NCBI RefSeq assembly: GCF_002087085.1
Contig: NZ_MWQY01000005.1
Span: 62,001-126,000, forward strand
Direction: 5' to 3'
DNA: 64,000 bases
Part shown: piece by piece, positions 9,437 to 18,599 of the stretch
Position numbering within the stretch: position 1 is the stretch's first letter
How the letters are laid out: each line of letters opens with the position of its first letter
Notes under the pieces: generated by a model
Seen by the model: the letters and a program-made list of their open reading frames with translations, nothing else
Told to the model about the DNA's origin: nothing
Databases searched by the model: none
Made by a program: the position numbers and the translations under genes

Positions 9437-10593
9437 AAACGGAAACCGGCACCGATCATGATGCTGGTGATATCCAGATCCTCCGGTTCCGGAAAGATTT
9501 CGTCCGTGGAGAGTTCCGGGACATAGGTATAGTTCATGCGGGCGGAAAGGCACAGATCGCTGAGGTAAAAATCGAGGCCTCCTTCGAAGCTGATGCCGAA
9601 GCCCTCCTCCATCCATCCTTCACCGGGGTCCCAGTTGTCTCCCAGGGTAAAAATGACGTAGTTCAACCCGCCGCCGAAAAAGAGGGACGAAAAGCCTCCC
9701 ACAGGAAGCAGCATGCCGAAGCTCAGTCGCAGATCAAGAACAGAAAAGTCTTCCGCCTCGTAGCCGTCATCTCCCTCAAAATCCTGCCATCCGTAGCCCA
9801 TACTCGTGGCGAAATAGAAGTTGTTGGTCATGTCGAGAAGGAGATGCATGTCGAATCCGTTGGTCGGCAGATCATAGGAAAATGGATAGGAATAATTATC
9901 CTCCACCATATCGATGGCAGTACCGGCAAAGCGGGGCAGCATCCATGAGAATGTCAGGTGGGACCGCCTCGGTTTTTTTACGACTGGCTGCTGAACCGAC
10001 GGAGAAGCTTGAACCTCCTGCCGCGACTCCTGGGGCTCGGGTTGTTCCTGTCGGGGGGGGGTGGTTTCGCGCCGGGGGCTCTCTTCGGCAAAGACAGTGC
10101 CGGTAATTTCTGTCTCCGGCTGATCCCCCCGAAGACTCTGCACCAGCTGTTTGCCCACCCGGCTGGAAAGCTCGAAGATTACGGCCGTTGAGCCCTCCGC
10201 TTCGGCGGAGGTCTGGGCGATTATGCGTCCGGTTTCCACGCTGATAATTTTGGCGCTGATGACATAGAACAATTCGATGCGGGTTACCCTGGAAACACAG
10301 ACATAATCGGCACCCAGAAAATCCCCCGCTTTTTTTACGTCCGCTTCACTAACCAGCCCGGACAACTGGAACTCCTGCTCGTTGAGAATCTGCTCCACGT
10401 AGGTACGGTCGAGTATTTCGTAGAGATTCGAGGACACAAGTTCTTCCGCGATTTTGTCGGCTATCGTCACACTGAGGGCGGAATATACGCCTTCACCGGT
10501 AACGGCGTTGGGAATTGCCATGGTTTCAGACCAGCCGGCAAGACATACAAACAGAAAAAGGAATGGGGTAAAAAGAAGTTTTCTGAGACCCAT
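9433..10593 (-). CDS. Exported protein with a CsgG/HfaB-like N-terminal domain, Pro/Gln linker and probable outer-membrane beta-barrel
   Basis: Signal peptide, LDRTYVEQILNEQEFQLSG...GDFLGADYV, alternating aromatic strands and a terminal IGAGFRF. Confidence 0.65.
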   Translation of the reverse strand: MGLRKLLFTPFLFLFVCLAGWSETMAIPNAVTGEGVYSALSVTIADKIAEELVSSNLYEILDRTYVEQILNEQEFQLSGLVSEADVKKAGDFLGADYVCVSRVTRIELFYVISAKIISVETGRIIAQTSAEAEGSTAVIFELSSRVGKQLVQSLRGDQPETEITGTVFAEESPRRETTPPRQEQPEPQESRQEVQASPSVQQPVVKKPRRSHLTFSWMLPRFAGTAIDMVEDNYSYPFSYDLPTNGFDMHLLLDMTNNFYFATSMGYGWQDFEGDDGYEAEDFSVLDLRLSFGMLLPVGGFSSLFFGGGLNYVIFTLGDNWDPGEGWMEEGFGISFEGGLDFYLSDLCLSARMNYTYVPELSTDEIFPEPEDLDITSIMIGAGFRF

Positions 10594-10695
10594 CGGCCAC
10601 CTACCTTACGCCATGATCTAATATATAGAATAGGCCATGAAGGGGGCCAGCACAAGAAATTACTGAAAATAATACTGCATAACTGAGATATCTTT

Positions 10696-11688
10696 TTACG
10701 CGGTGCCCCGTTTTATGAGTTCCGGGTAGAGAAGGGTATGGGAGGGCAAATCCCGGCCAAGAAGAATGTCCGCAATGGCCCTGGCAAGCATGATGCCGGT
10801 CATCTCCTCTTTATTATCGATTACCGTCATTGGCGGGTTGGATATCCGGGAGAAGATGGTGTTGTTGAATCCGATTACCTGAACGTCCCGGGGAATTACT
10901 CTGCCCATCCGCTCGAGCTCCTGCATTGCCCCAAGGCAGGTAATGTCGTCACAGCCGATAAGGGCCGAATAGTCCACGTTGCGCCGGGAAAGTTCCCTGA
11001 TTGCAGCGATGCCGCCGTCCAGTCCGCTTTCTGTCTTTACAACCAGGTTTCTGTCATAGCTGATACCGTATTCCTTGAGCTTTTTACGGTATTCGCTGCG
11101 TTTCTGTTTTCCAACCAGGGTATCGTAGTCCTGGATATAGGCAATACGGCGGATTTCCTTATCCTGAACAAGGTAATCCATCGCAAGGTCTATGCCATGG
11201 GACTCTTCCGACGATATATTGTAGATGTTCGGCCCGGTGAGTATTGTGTTGTGCATAACTATGGGAGTGTCGGATAAATATCGCTTAATGCTTTCCGCCG
11301 TTTCATCGGAGGATAAGACAGAACCGACCATTATGACCCCGTCAACCTGCTTTTCCGCAAGAACACGAATGTAATCGAACATCTTTTTTTTGTCGTAGCC
11401 GGTGTTGCAGAGAATGGTATTATAGCCGCTGGCGCTCAGTTTCTGTTCGATTGTAAAGGCAATATTCGCATAGTGCAGATGCCGTACATCCACCGCCAGA
11501 ACAGCGATCACGTTGGTCGATTTGTTGACAAGGCTCTTTGCGACCGCACTGGGAACATAATTGTGTTTCTTTAATACCCCGAGGACCCGTTCCTTGGTGG
11601 CCTTTCGTACATTCGGATGATTGTTCAATACCCGGGAAACGGTAGAAATTGAAACTCCCGCTTCCTTTGCCATGTCGTAAATATTCAC
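10696..11688 (-). CDS. LacI-family transcriptional regulator
   Basis: NIYDMAKEAGVSISTVSRVLN HTH, YVPSAVAKSL hinge, sugar-binding domain (VIGFNN). Confidence 0.95.
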   Translation of the reverse strand: MNIYDMAKEAGVSISTVSRVLNNHPNVRKATKERVLGVLKKHNYVPSAVAKSLVNKSTNVIAVLAVDVRHLHYANIAFTIEQKLSASGYNTILCNTGYDKKKMFDYIRVLAEKQVDGVIMVGSVLSSDETAESIKRYLSDTPIVMHNTILTGPNIYNISSEESHGIDLAMDYLVQDKEIRRIAYIQDYDTLVGKQKRSEYRKKLKEYGISYDRNLVVKTESGLDGGIAAIRELSRRNVDYSALIGCDDITCLGAMQELERMGRVIPRDVQVIGFNNTIFSRISNPPMTVIDNKEEMTGIMLARAIADILLGRDLPSHTLLYPELIKRGTA

Positions 11689-11823
11689 GTTGCTCCCACA
11701 ATGATAGACTATTCCACTCTTCAGGACAGCGTACAGTTTTGTGCGACCATGATAAACCTAAGGCGTATGCTTTGACAACCAAAAGGTTCGGCGAAAGGGA
11801 ATGCCTTACCGGTGACCTTACAT

Positions 11824-11856
11824 GAATCGGGGCAGATCTTTCGTCTGCCCCGATTC
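11824..11856 (-). terminator. Stem-loop downstream of dctP
   Basis: GAATCGGGGCAGA...TCTGCCCCGATTC, 13-bp perfect inverted repeat. Confidence 0.7.
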
Positions 11857-11879
11857 CTTAGTCTCAATTACGGGAGATC

Positions 11880-12875
11880 CTATTTTGCAGCGGAAAGAAC
11901 CGCATCAATAAGACCGTTCTTGTACTTATCTTCGTACTCGTTCCACAGGGAGCTGGTGGCTTTGCGGAATGCATCAAGGTCCGCAACGTCGTTGAACTCA
12001 ACGCCTTCCGCCTTGAGGGCATCTATCGCCTTCTGAGTATTTTCCGCCCAGATGCTTCGTTCGTAGGCTACTGCTTTCTGGGCTTCTTCGGTAATGATCT
12101 TTTTCTGATCATCAGAAAGCTTTCCCCAGGTTTTTGCGGAAATGGCAAAAAGGTCGGGGGTCATGAAGTGGCGTGTCCAGGAGACGTAATCGGTAACCTC
12201 ATACAGTTTGAGGGTGTAGAGGGTGATGGGGCTGTTTTCCCATCCGTCGAGAACTCCCTGCTCGAGGGCAGAGTAAACATCAGCCTGACTCATGGGAGTT
12301 GCAATGGCTCCCATGCGATTGATTCCTTCCAGGGTGATGTTGGTGGGAATGGTCCTGATCTTGAGTCCGTTCAGGTCAGAGGGCCTGTTAATGGGGCGGA
12401 CGTTGTTCATCAGACTTCGGGACCCGCCATAGAAGTATCCGAGGGGGACAAATCCTTTTTTCAGCAGGGCCTCTGCAAGAATGTCTCCGGCTTTGCCGTT
12501 CAGGGACGCATAGAGGTGGTCTTCGCTCTGAAAGAGAAATGCCAGGGCGAGTACTTCCATTTCAGGAACATAGTTGGCAAAGGCACCGGCAAACTGATTA
12601 CACATATCGATGGTTCCAAGCTGCACACCTTCAACCATCTCTTCGTTGCCGCCGAGCTGGCTGTTGGGGAAAAGCTCTACTTTTACCTGACCGGCGGTCC
12701 GTTCGGCAACACCCTTGGCAAACTGCTGGAGAGCCATGTTCATGGGGTGATCCAGGGGAAGGGTATTTGTTACCCTGAGGGTCATAGCCTTCTGACCGGC
12801 GTCCTCTCCCTGTCCGTTGGCGAACACGAATGCTCCGATAAGAAGCACGACAAGAACAATACCTAGTTTCTTCAT
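11880..12875 (-). CDS. dctP: TRAP transporter substrate-binding protein
   Basis: Signal peptide, FPNSQLG, DLNGLKIRT, VYSALEQGVLDGWEN. Confidence 0.93.
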   Translation of the reverse strand: MKKLGIVLVVLLIGAFVFANGQGEDAGQKAMTLRVTNTLPLDHPMNMALQQFAKGVAERTAGQVKVELFPNSQLGGNEEMVEGVQLGTIDMCNQFAGAFANYVPEMEVLALAFLFQSEDHLYASLNGKAGDILAEALLKKGFVPLGYFYGGSRSLMNNVRPINRPSDLNGLKIRTIPTNITLEGINRMGAIATPMSQADVYSALEQGVLDGWENSPITLYTLKLYEVTDYVSWTRHFMTPDLFAISAKTWGKLSDDQKKIITEEAQKAVAYERSIWAENTQKAIDALKAEGVEFNDVADLDAFRKATSSLWNEYEDKYKNGLIDAVLSAAK

Positions 12876-12893
12876 ATATCCTCCGAAGAAAAT

Positions 12894-14177
12894 TTATTTA
12901 ATATACCCGGTTAATTCGGGTATCCAGAGCGAGAGTGCAGGTATGAAGGTGACAAAAAGAAGGACCAGTACCATGGCGCCCAGATAACGCAGATAGGTAC
13001 CCATCATGTCGCTTAACTTTGCCCCTGAAATACCTGAGGCTACGAACAGCGCTACTCCGACGGGGGGAGTACACTGTCCTACCGCCATGTTAACGATGGC
13101 CATTACGCCGAAATGAATGGGATGGACTCCCAGTTCCTGAACCACGGGCCAGATAATGGGAACAACAATTATGATAATCGCTGAAGGATCCAGAAAGGTT
13201 CCCAGAACAAGAAAGAGAATGTTAATCAGAATCAGCAGAATCCAGCGGTTGTCCGTCAGGGATACCAGAAAGTTTGCAATCTGGGATGGAATCTGTTCCG
13301 CTGCAAGCACCCAGCCGAAGCTGGCGGCAGCTGCAATGGTAAGAACAACGACACCGGTGGTGAGAGCCGATTTTACCAGAACATGGGGCAGATCCTTGAA
13401 GCTGAGCTCCTTGTAGACAAAAAAGCCGATGATGAAAGCATACAGCGCGGCAATTACCGAAGCTTCGGTGGCGGTAAAGATTCCCGCTGTGATTCCTCCG
13501 ACGATTATTACCACTGTAAAGAGGGCCAGGAATGAATCTGCGAAGGATCTGAGCATCTCCCTGAAACTGGCCCGGGGTTCGGGATCTATCTTGCGGATCT
13601 TGGTATAGATAATATTTACAGCCATGAGGGACACACCGATCAGTATTCCGGGAATGATTCCACCCATGAACATTCCGCCGATGGAGATACTGGCGGTTAC
13701 GCCGAGGATGATCATGGGAATACTGGGAGGAATGACTATTCCGATGGACCCGGCGGTGGCCATAACGCTGGTGGCAATATCCTTTCCGTAGCCCTTGCGC
13801 TTCATCGCGGGAATAAGGAGACTTCCAACAGCCGCGGTATCCGCCGCTGCAGCACCGGAAAGTCCTGCAAAAAACATGGCGGCCATTACGCTCGCATTGG
13901 CAAGACCTCCACGGATATGACCGATTATATTTGAGGCAAAGGTTACCAGACGTCTGGATATTCCGCCGCTGTCCATGAATCCCCCGGCAAGAATAAAGAA
14001 GGGAACGGCTATCAGGCTGAAATTACTGCTGGCTCTGAACATTTTTACCACAATGGCAAAAAGGTCGATGTCGCTGAAAAAGAACATTGATACGACCGTG
14101 GAAATGAGCAGTGAAAAGGAAACCGGGGCCTCGAGAATCAACAGAATAATGAAGGTCAGAAACAGTGTTGCAATCAT
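12894..14177 (-). CDS. dctM: TRAP transporter large permease
   Basis: AVPFFILAG, GGLA, IPPSIPMII, TATEA, TPPVGVALFVAS. Confidence 0.95.
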   Translation of the reverse strand: MIATLFLTFIILLILEAPVSFSLLISTVVSMFFFSDIDLFAIVVKMFRASSNFSLIAVPFFILAGGFMDSGGISRRLVTFASNIIGHIRGGLANASVMAAMFFAGLSGAAAADTAAVGSLLIPAMKRKGYGKDIATSVMATAGSIGIVIPPSIPMIILGVTASISIGGMFMGGIIPGILIGVSLMAVNIIYTKIRKIDPEPRASFREMLRSFADSFLALFTVVIIVGGITAGIFTATEASVIAALYAFIIGFFVYKELSFKDLPHVLVKSALTTGVVVLTIAAAASFGWVLAAEQIPSQIANFLVSLTDNRWILLILINILFLVLGTFLDPSAIIIIVVPIIWPVVQELGVHPIHFGVMAIVNMAVGQCTPPVGVALFVASGISGAKLSDMMGTYLRYLGAMVLVLLFVTFIPALSLWIPELTGYIK

Positions 14178-14701
14178 TCCAGGTCCTCCAGTGCTTCAGA
14201 TTCGATGTTCAGATACACCTCGGTGGTCTTCTCTACACCGTGAATCAGAATAAAAGCCCCGCTGATGGGCATAGACAGGTAGGCCCAGAACATCGAAATG
14301 GGAAGAATATTCATGCGCTGAATATGATTCGCGATGGCAAGACGGGTTCCCATGTACAGAAGAAAAACGGCGAACAGGCATATGAGAACCCATATTACAA
14401 GACGAACCGTTTTTAACAATTTCTGAGAAAAATGTTTTGTTACAAGATCAACGGAAAAGTGGGAATTGGTATAGATGGCCATACTCGCTCCCATAAAACT
14501 TGCCCAGGTAAAGGAGTAGGTGAGCAGTTCCTCTGACCAGCCTATGGGGGCTTTCAGAATAAAACGGGAAAATACCTGGAGAAATCCGAAAATGAGCATT
14601 CCCACCATCAGGATTATCAGGCTTGTCTTTTCAATCAGCAGAATTATATGGTTTACCCGTCCCATGATTCGTAAAACGGGGCCATTATCGCCGGATGACA
14701 T
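14174..14701 (-). CDS. dctQ: TRAP transporter small permease
   Basis: QVFSRF, WSEEL, HFSVD, four TM segments. AAGGAGG RBS before ATG at 14701. Confidence 0.9.
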   Translation of the reverse strand: MSSGDNGPVLRIMGRVNHIILLIEKTSLIILMVGMLIFGFLQVFSRFILKAPIGWSEELLTYSFTWASFMGASMAIYTNSHFSVDLVTKHFSQKLLKTVRLVIWVLICLFAVFLLYMGTRLAIANHIQRMNILPISMFWAYLSMPISGAFILIHGVEKTTEVYLNIESEALEDLE

Positions 14702-14711
14702 GGGCACCTCC

Positions 14712-15728
14712 TTATTTTTTTCCTTTAAGGTAGTTGTATATGCCTGAGGGTATGTCGATACCATCAGAGAGGCTGCGTTTCATTGCAGCGGCTTCCAGTT
14801 CGCCAGGAACCATTACCTTCTCATGACCGGGAGCTGGGGGCTGAGAATGGAGTTCGTCTATCATAGCCTGCGCTGTAGAGAAGACGGCGGGACCGGTAAA
14901 GATGGAAGGATCTATAACAAGGTGAAATCCGGAAAGGTTACGGAAGGATTCAAGGTCACTGTACATCGGCTTCACATGGGGGCCGAAAACCCCGCCGACC
15001 AGCAGGCCCGTCAAAGCTTCCACCATCATGTTGATGCCGTAACCCTTGTATCCTCCGAAGGGAAAAAGTGAATAAGCCGCATTGGCGTCGGTAGTGAACT
15101 CGCCGTCTTCGGTTACCGCCCATCCTTCCGGTATTTTTATTCCTTTTTCCCGGGCATAGAAGATCTTGCCGAAGGCCACTTCGCTGGTTGCCATGTCAAG
15201 AAGAATGGAACCGCTTTCACCCGGAAAACCAAAAGCGAAGGGGTTTGTACCAAAGAAACGTTTTTTCCCGCCGAAGGGAACGACCGCGGAATCGGTGTTC
15301 GCTGAAACCATGGAAGCCATCTTTTCTTCCAGCGCCATATTGACGTAATAGGCAAGGGCGCCGCAGTGGCTGCTGTTCTTTACGCCGATGAGGGCGATTC
15401 CCTGATCCCTGGCGATTTCAATGGCTTTTTCAGTGGCCATTTTTGCAGCGATATGGCCCATACCCCCGTCTGCATCGATGAGACCAACAACCGGCCTGAT
15501 CTCTTTCACGGATAAATCGGGTTCAAGGTTGATTCCGCCCTTGATAATTCTTTCGACGTAATGTTCGACCCGCAGAACTCCGTGGGAGTGGGTGCCCCGT
15601 AAATCTGCAAAAACAAGGATTCCGGCAACTGTTTCTGCATCGGGGACTGTCATTCCCGCCTCACATAGACGCATAACGGCAAGATTTTTCAGCTCTTCTG
15701 CCTGCACTCTGATCATTTCATCTGACAT
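14712..15728 (-). CDS. Ldh_2-family oxidoreductase (ureidoglycolate dehydrogenase AllD / YjmC-like)
   Basis: ADLRGTHSHGVLRVEHY, SSHCGALAYY, GTNPFAFGFP, LDMATS, PFGGYKGYG. Confidence 0.88.
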   Translation of the reverse strand: MSDEMIRVQAEELKNLAVMRLCEAGMTVPDAETVAGILVFADLRGTHSHGVLRVEHYVERIIKGGINLEPDLSVKEIRPVVGLIDADGGMGHIAAKMATEKAIEIARDQGIALIGVKNSSHCGALAYYVNMALEEKMASMVSANTDSAVVPFGGKKRFFGTNPFAFGFPGESGSILLDMATSEVAFGKIFYAREKGIKIPEGWAVTEDGEFTTDANAAYSLFPFGGYKGYGINMMVEALTGLLVGGVFGPHVKPMYSDLESFRNLSGFHLVIDPSIFTGPAVFSTAQAMIDELHSQPPAPGHEKVMVPGELEAAAMKRSLSDGIDIPSGIYNYLKGKK

Positions 15729-15751
15729 CCTGTACTCCGGTTGAAAATAAC

Positions 15752-15767
15752 TTGGAAGCGCTTTCAA
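15752..15767. promoter_or_regulatory. LacI-type operator upstream of the AllD-like/TRAP operon
   Basis: TTGGAAGCGCTTTCAA, a near-perfect palindrome with central CG. Confidence 0.75.
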
Positions 15768-16006
15768 TTAAAACTTCGTAGATGTATCATAATACGAGTT
15801 CTCTGGTTTTGCAAGGAAAAAGTTGAAATTCGAAAAGAAGCCTTCATAACGAGTTTCCAGGCGTACAAACCTCCGAACATCGGTGGATTATCCATAAAAA
15901 ACCCGGTTTCATCATTCGGCAGGGAAGGGAAAGCTGTATCGACAACTGTATTTTTCTCTGGTATAGTATAGATGTAAAGCACATCAAGGGCGTAAAATTT
16001 GTTACT

Positions 16007-16022
16007 GTAAAAGCGCTTTCAT
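16007..16022. promoter_or_regulatory. Second LacI-type operator upstream of the Zn-dehydrogenase
   Basis: GTAAAAGCGCTTTCAT, same AAGCGCTTTCA core as 15752-15767. Confidence 0.72.
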
Positions 16023-16037
16023 TTAAGGAGAAGGGTT

Positions 16038-17069
16038 ATGGATGCATATGTTCTTCATGGACCGGGAGATTTACGCAGAGAACAGCGGCAGGAGCGAAAA
16101 CCCGCCGCCGACGAGGTTCTAATCGATGTAAAACGGGTAGGAATCTGCGGTTCTGATATTCACTATTACCAGCATTTTAAAATAGGGCAGTTTATTCCCC
16201 GGGCACCACTGGTCCTTGGCCATGAGTTCGCAGGACTCGTGGTCGAAGTCGGACCGGACGTAAAAAACATCAAGGTCGGAGATCGGGTGACGGCGGAACC
16301 TTCCATCGAGTGTGGAAAGTGCAGGTACTGCAGAGCAGGACGATACAACCTATGTACAAATCTTCGATTTTTAGGTACCGCCGCCACTGTGCCGCATATT
16401 GATGGAGGATTTGCCGAGAAGGTCCTGGTCCCCGAAAGTCACTGCTATATTCTGGACGATTCACTGGATTATGGTGCAGGAGCAATGATCGAGCCTTTGG
16501 CGGTGGGAGCGAATGGAGTTATGCGTGCGGGCACGGTTGCCGGATATCGCGTTCTTATTGTCGGAGGCGGAACAATAGGACAGATGGTCCTGGGGGTTGC
16601 AAGTGCCCTTGGCGCCACCGACATTACCCTGGCCGATCCGGCGGAATATCCCCGGGAATTTGCCTTGTCCCATGGCGCCAGCGCGGCAATTGATCCCACC
16701 GAAAAGGGGATCGGGGAGAAACTTTTTGCCCAGGGGGGATTCGATGTGGTCTTTGAGGCCTCCGGCGCACCTGCGGGACTCAGTTTCGCATATCAGACAG
16801 CAGCCCGGGGAGGCAGGATAGTCCAGATAGGAACCCAGCCTGACAGCGTAGCCTTGCCTGTTAATCTCGTGATGTCCAGGGAGCTTACGGTTTTTGGTTC
16901 CATGCGCTACGCCCATGTGTATCCCATGGTGCTGGATCTGATCCGTTCGGGAAAAATCGCAGTTAATGATCTGATCTCCGCGGTTTATCCCTACGATAAG
17001 ATGCAGGAAGCGATGGACCGGGCGATTTCAAAGGATAAAGTCGTTAAAGTCCAGGTCGAAAGAGCATAG
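16038..17069 (+). CDS. Zn-dependent sugar/sugar-acid dehydrogenase (L-idonate 5-dehydrogenase / sorbitol dehydrogenase-like)
   Basis: GICGSDIHYY, LGHEF, CGKCRYCRAGRYNLC, GGGTIG, FEASG. Confidence 0.9.
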   Translation: MDAYVLHGPGDLRREQRQERKPAADEVLIDVKRVGICGSDIHYYQHFKIGQFIPRAPLVLGHEFAGLVVEVGPDVKNIKVGDRVTAEPSIECGKCRYCRAGRYNLCTNLRFLGTAATVPHIDGGFAEKVLVPESHCYILDDSLDYGAGAMIEPLAVGANGVMRAGTVAGYRVLIVGGGTIGQMVLGVASALGATDITLADPAEYPREFALSHGASAAIDPTEKGIGEKLFAQGGFDVVFEASGAPAGLSFAYQTAARGGRIVQIGTQPDSVALPVNLVMSRELTVFGSMRYAHVYPMVLDLIRSGKIAVNDLISAVYPYDKMQEAMDRAISKDKVVKVQVERA

Positions 17070-17076
17070 AAGCTAT

Positions 17077-17106
17077 CAGGGAGCATTATTCCAATAATGC
17101 TCCCTG
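17077..17106. terminator. Hairpin between the convergent dehydrogenase and kinase genes
   Basis: CAGGGAGCATTATT-CC-AATAATGCTCCCTG. Confidence 0.7.
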
Positions 17107-17115
17107 CATTCGAAA

Positions 17116-18507
17116 TCACACCGTAAACTCAAGCGTGTAGCGGGTACCTCCGGTGGAATCAACACGTATGGTTCCGTCGATCTGCTTCGTGAGCAGTTTG
17201 ATCAGTTCAAGACCAAACCCTGATACAAGCTCCAGGTCGTCAGGTGCAGGCAGACCGATTCCGTCATCGGCATAGACGATATTAATTGTTCCATCCTTGC
17301 GGAAAGCCTTCAGGGAGATTCTTCCGTCGGTTTTTTCTGTGAAGGCGTATTTCATGGAGTTGGTAAACATTTCACTGATCATAATTCCGATGGAAGAGAG
17401 GATTTTCGTGTCCAGTACGATATCTTCAATATCTATCTCCGTTTCAATCGCTTTTCCGGAGGAATATTGTGTTCGAAGGTCATCGATAAGGGAGGGTAGA
17501 AAAACCTTGATACTGAGCCTGGTAAAGCTGTCCGAACGGTACAGCTTATCGTAGAGAACCATCATACCCTGAATCCGGTTTGCGGCATCCTGCAGGATTT
17601 CCGGGCATGATTTGTCGCTTTTCAGTTTACTTTGAATTGATAATAAACTCCGAATAACACCCATATTGTTCTTTATACGATGATGGGCCTCTTTAAGCAG
17701 GATTTCTTTTTCATGGAGAAGAGAAGCTATCTGCTCTTCCGCCTTCTTGCGTTCCGTAATGTCCCGGGCGATACTGAGTATTGCCCGGCGTCCGCCGTAG
17801 GTTATAAGGGTGGAACAAATTTCCACCGGAATTGTGTGTCCATGTTTTGATTTATGGCTTGTCTCAAACACCTGAATTTTGTCTTCCGGGGCAGTACGAA
17901 TGAGCTCGCTTATACTATCTCTGGTCATGGATGCATCAATATCAACGGGACCCATGGCACTCAGCTCTTTGCGGCTATACCCCAATTGACGCACAGCCGT
18001 TTCGTTGAAATCAATAAAATTTTCATCAAAGCCGATTACCCATACCGATTCATTCATGGCGTTTATTATGGAACGGTAATTGATCGAATCCTTGCATTCG
18101 TCCCTGTCCGCTTTTCGCTGGCTGTGTAAACGAAGAGCAGTCTCAATTGAGACGCTTAAGAGATCTGCTGTGCTGTCTGTCCCGACATAGCCGTAGGTTT
18201 GTATATTCCTGGACATGGGAATCAGCGCTGCAGCCTCGGGAGGTACCATAAGGATCAGCGGTGCATCATAATGCCTGGTAAACCGGGATGCAGCGCGGAT
18301 TCCATCCTTTCCGCCGCCCATGTACAGGTTCAGCAGAATAATATCTATTTTCTTATGCTTTGCGAGGTAGTCTTCAGCCTGGGGCAAGGTATCGGAGGAA
18401 AGTACACTGAAGCCGGTACCAAGGAGGGCCTCTCTTGTCATTTCGGCAGAGTGTGCCAGGTCGTCAACCAGGAGAATTGTTATTTTTTCGGCGGGTATCA
18501 TTCTCAT
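17116..18507 (-). CDS. Cytoplasmic histidine kinase with degenerate receiver, PAS and HisKA_2-type/HATPase domains
   Basis: LLKEAHHRIKNNM H-box, SEMFTNSMKYAF N-box, DDGIG, GFGL. PAS/PAC ending ARDITERK. Confidence 0.9.
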   Translation of the reverse strand: MRMIPAEKITILLVDDLAHSAEMTREALLGTGFSVLSSDTLPQAEDYLAKHKKIDIILLNLYMGGGKDGIRAASRFTRHYDAPLILMVPPEAAALIPMSRNIQTYGYVGTDSTADLLSVSIETALRLHSQRKADRDECKDSINYRSIINAMNESVWVIGFDENFIDFNETAVRQLGYSRKELSAMGPVDIDASMTRDSISELIRTAPEDKIQVFETSHKSKHGHTIPVEICSTLITYGGRRAILSIARDITERKKAEEQIASLLHEKEILLKEAHHRIKNNMGVIRSLLSIQSKLKSDKSCPEILQDAANRIQGMMVLYDKLYRSDSFTRLSIKVFLPSLIDDLRTQYSSGKAIETEIDIEDIVLDTKILSSIGIMISEMFTNSMKYAFTEKTDGRISLKAFRKDGTINIVYADDGIGLPAPDDLELVSGFGLELIKLLTKQIDGTIRVDSTGGTRYTLEFTV

Positions 18508-18599
18508 TGGCCCTGTATTAGGATGAATAATGACAGCTTTATCATTATTGAAGTATTCGAAGAATTATAGCATTATTTCGGAAGAAATGTACACAAAAG

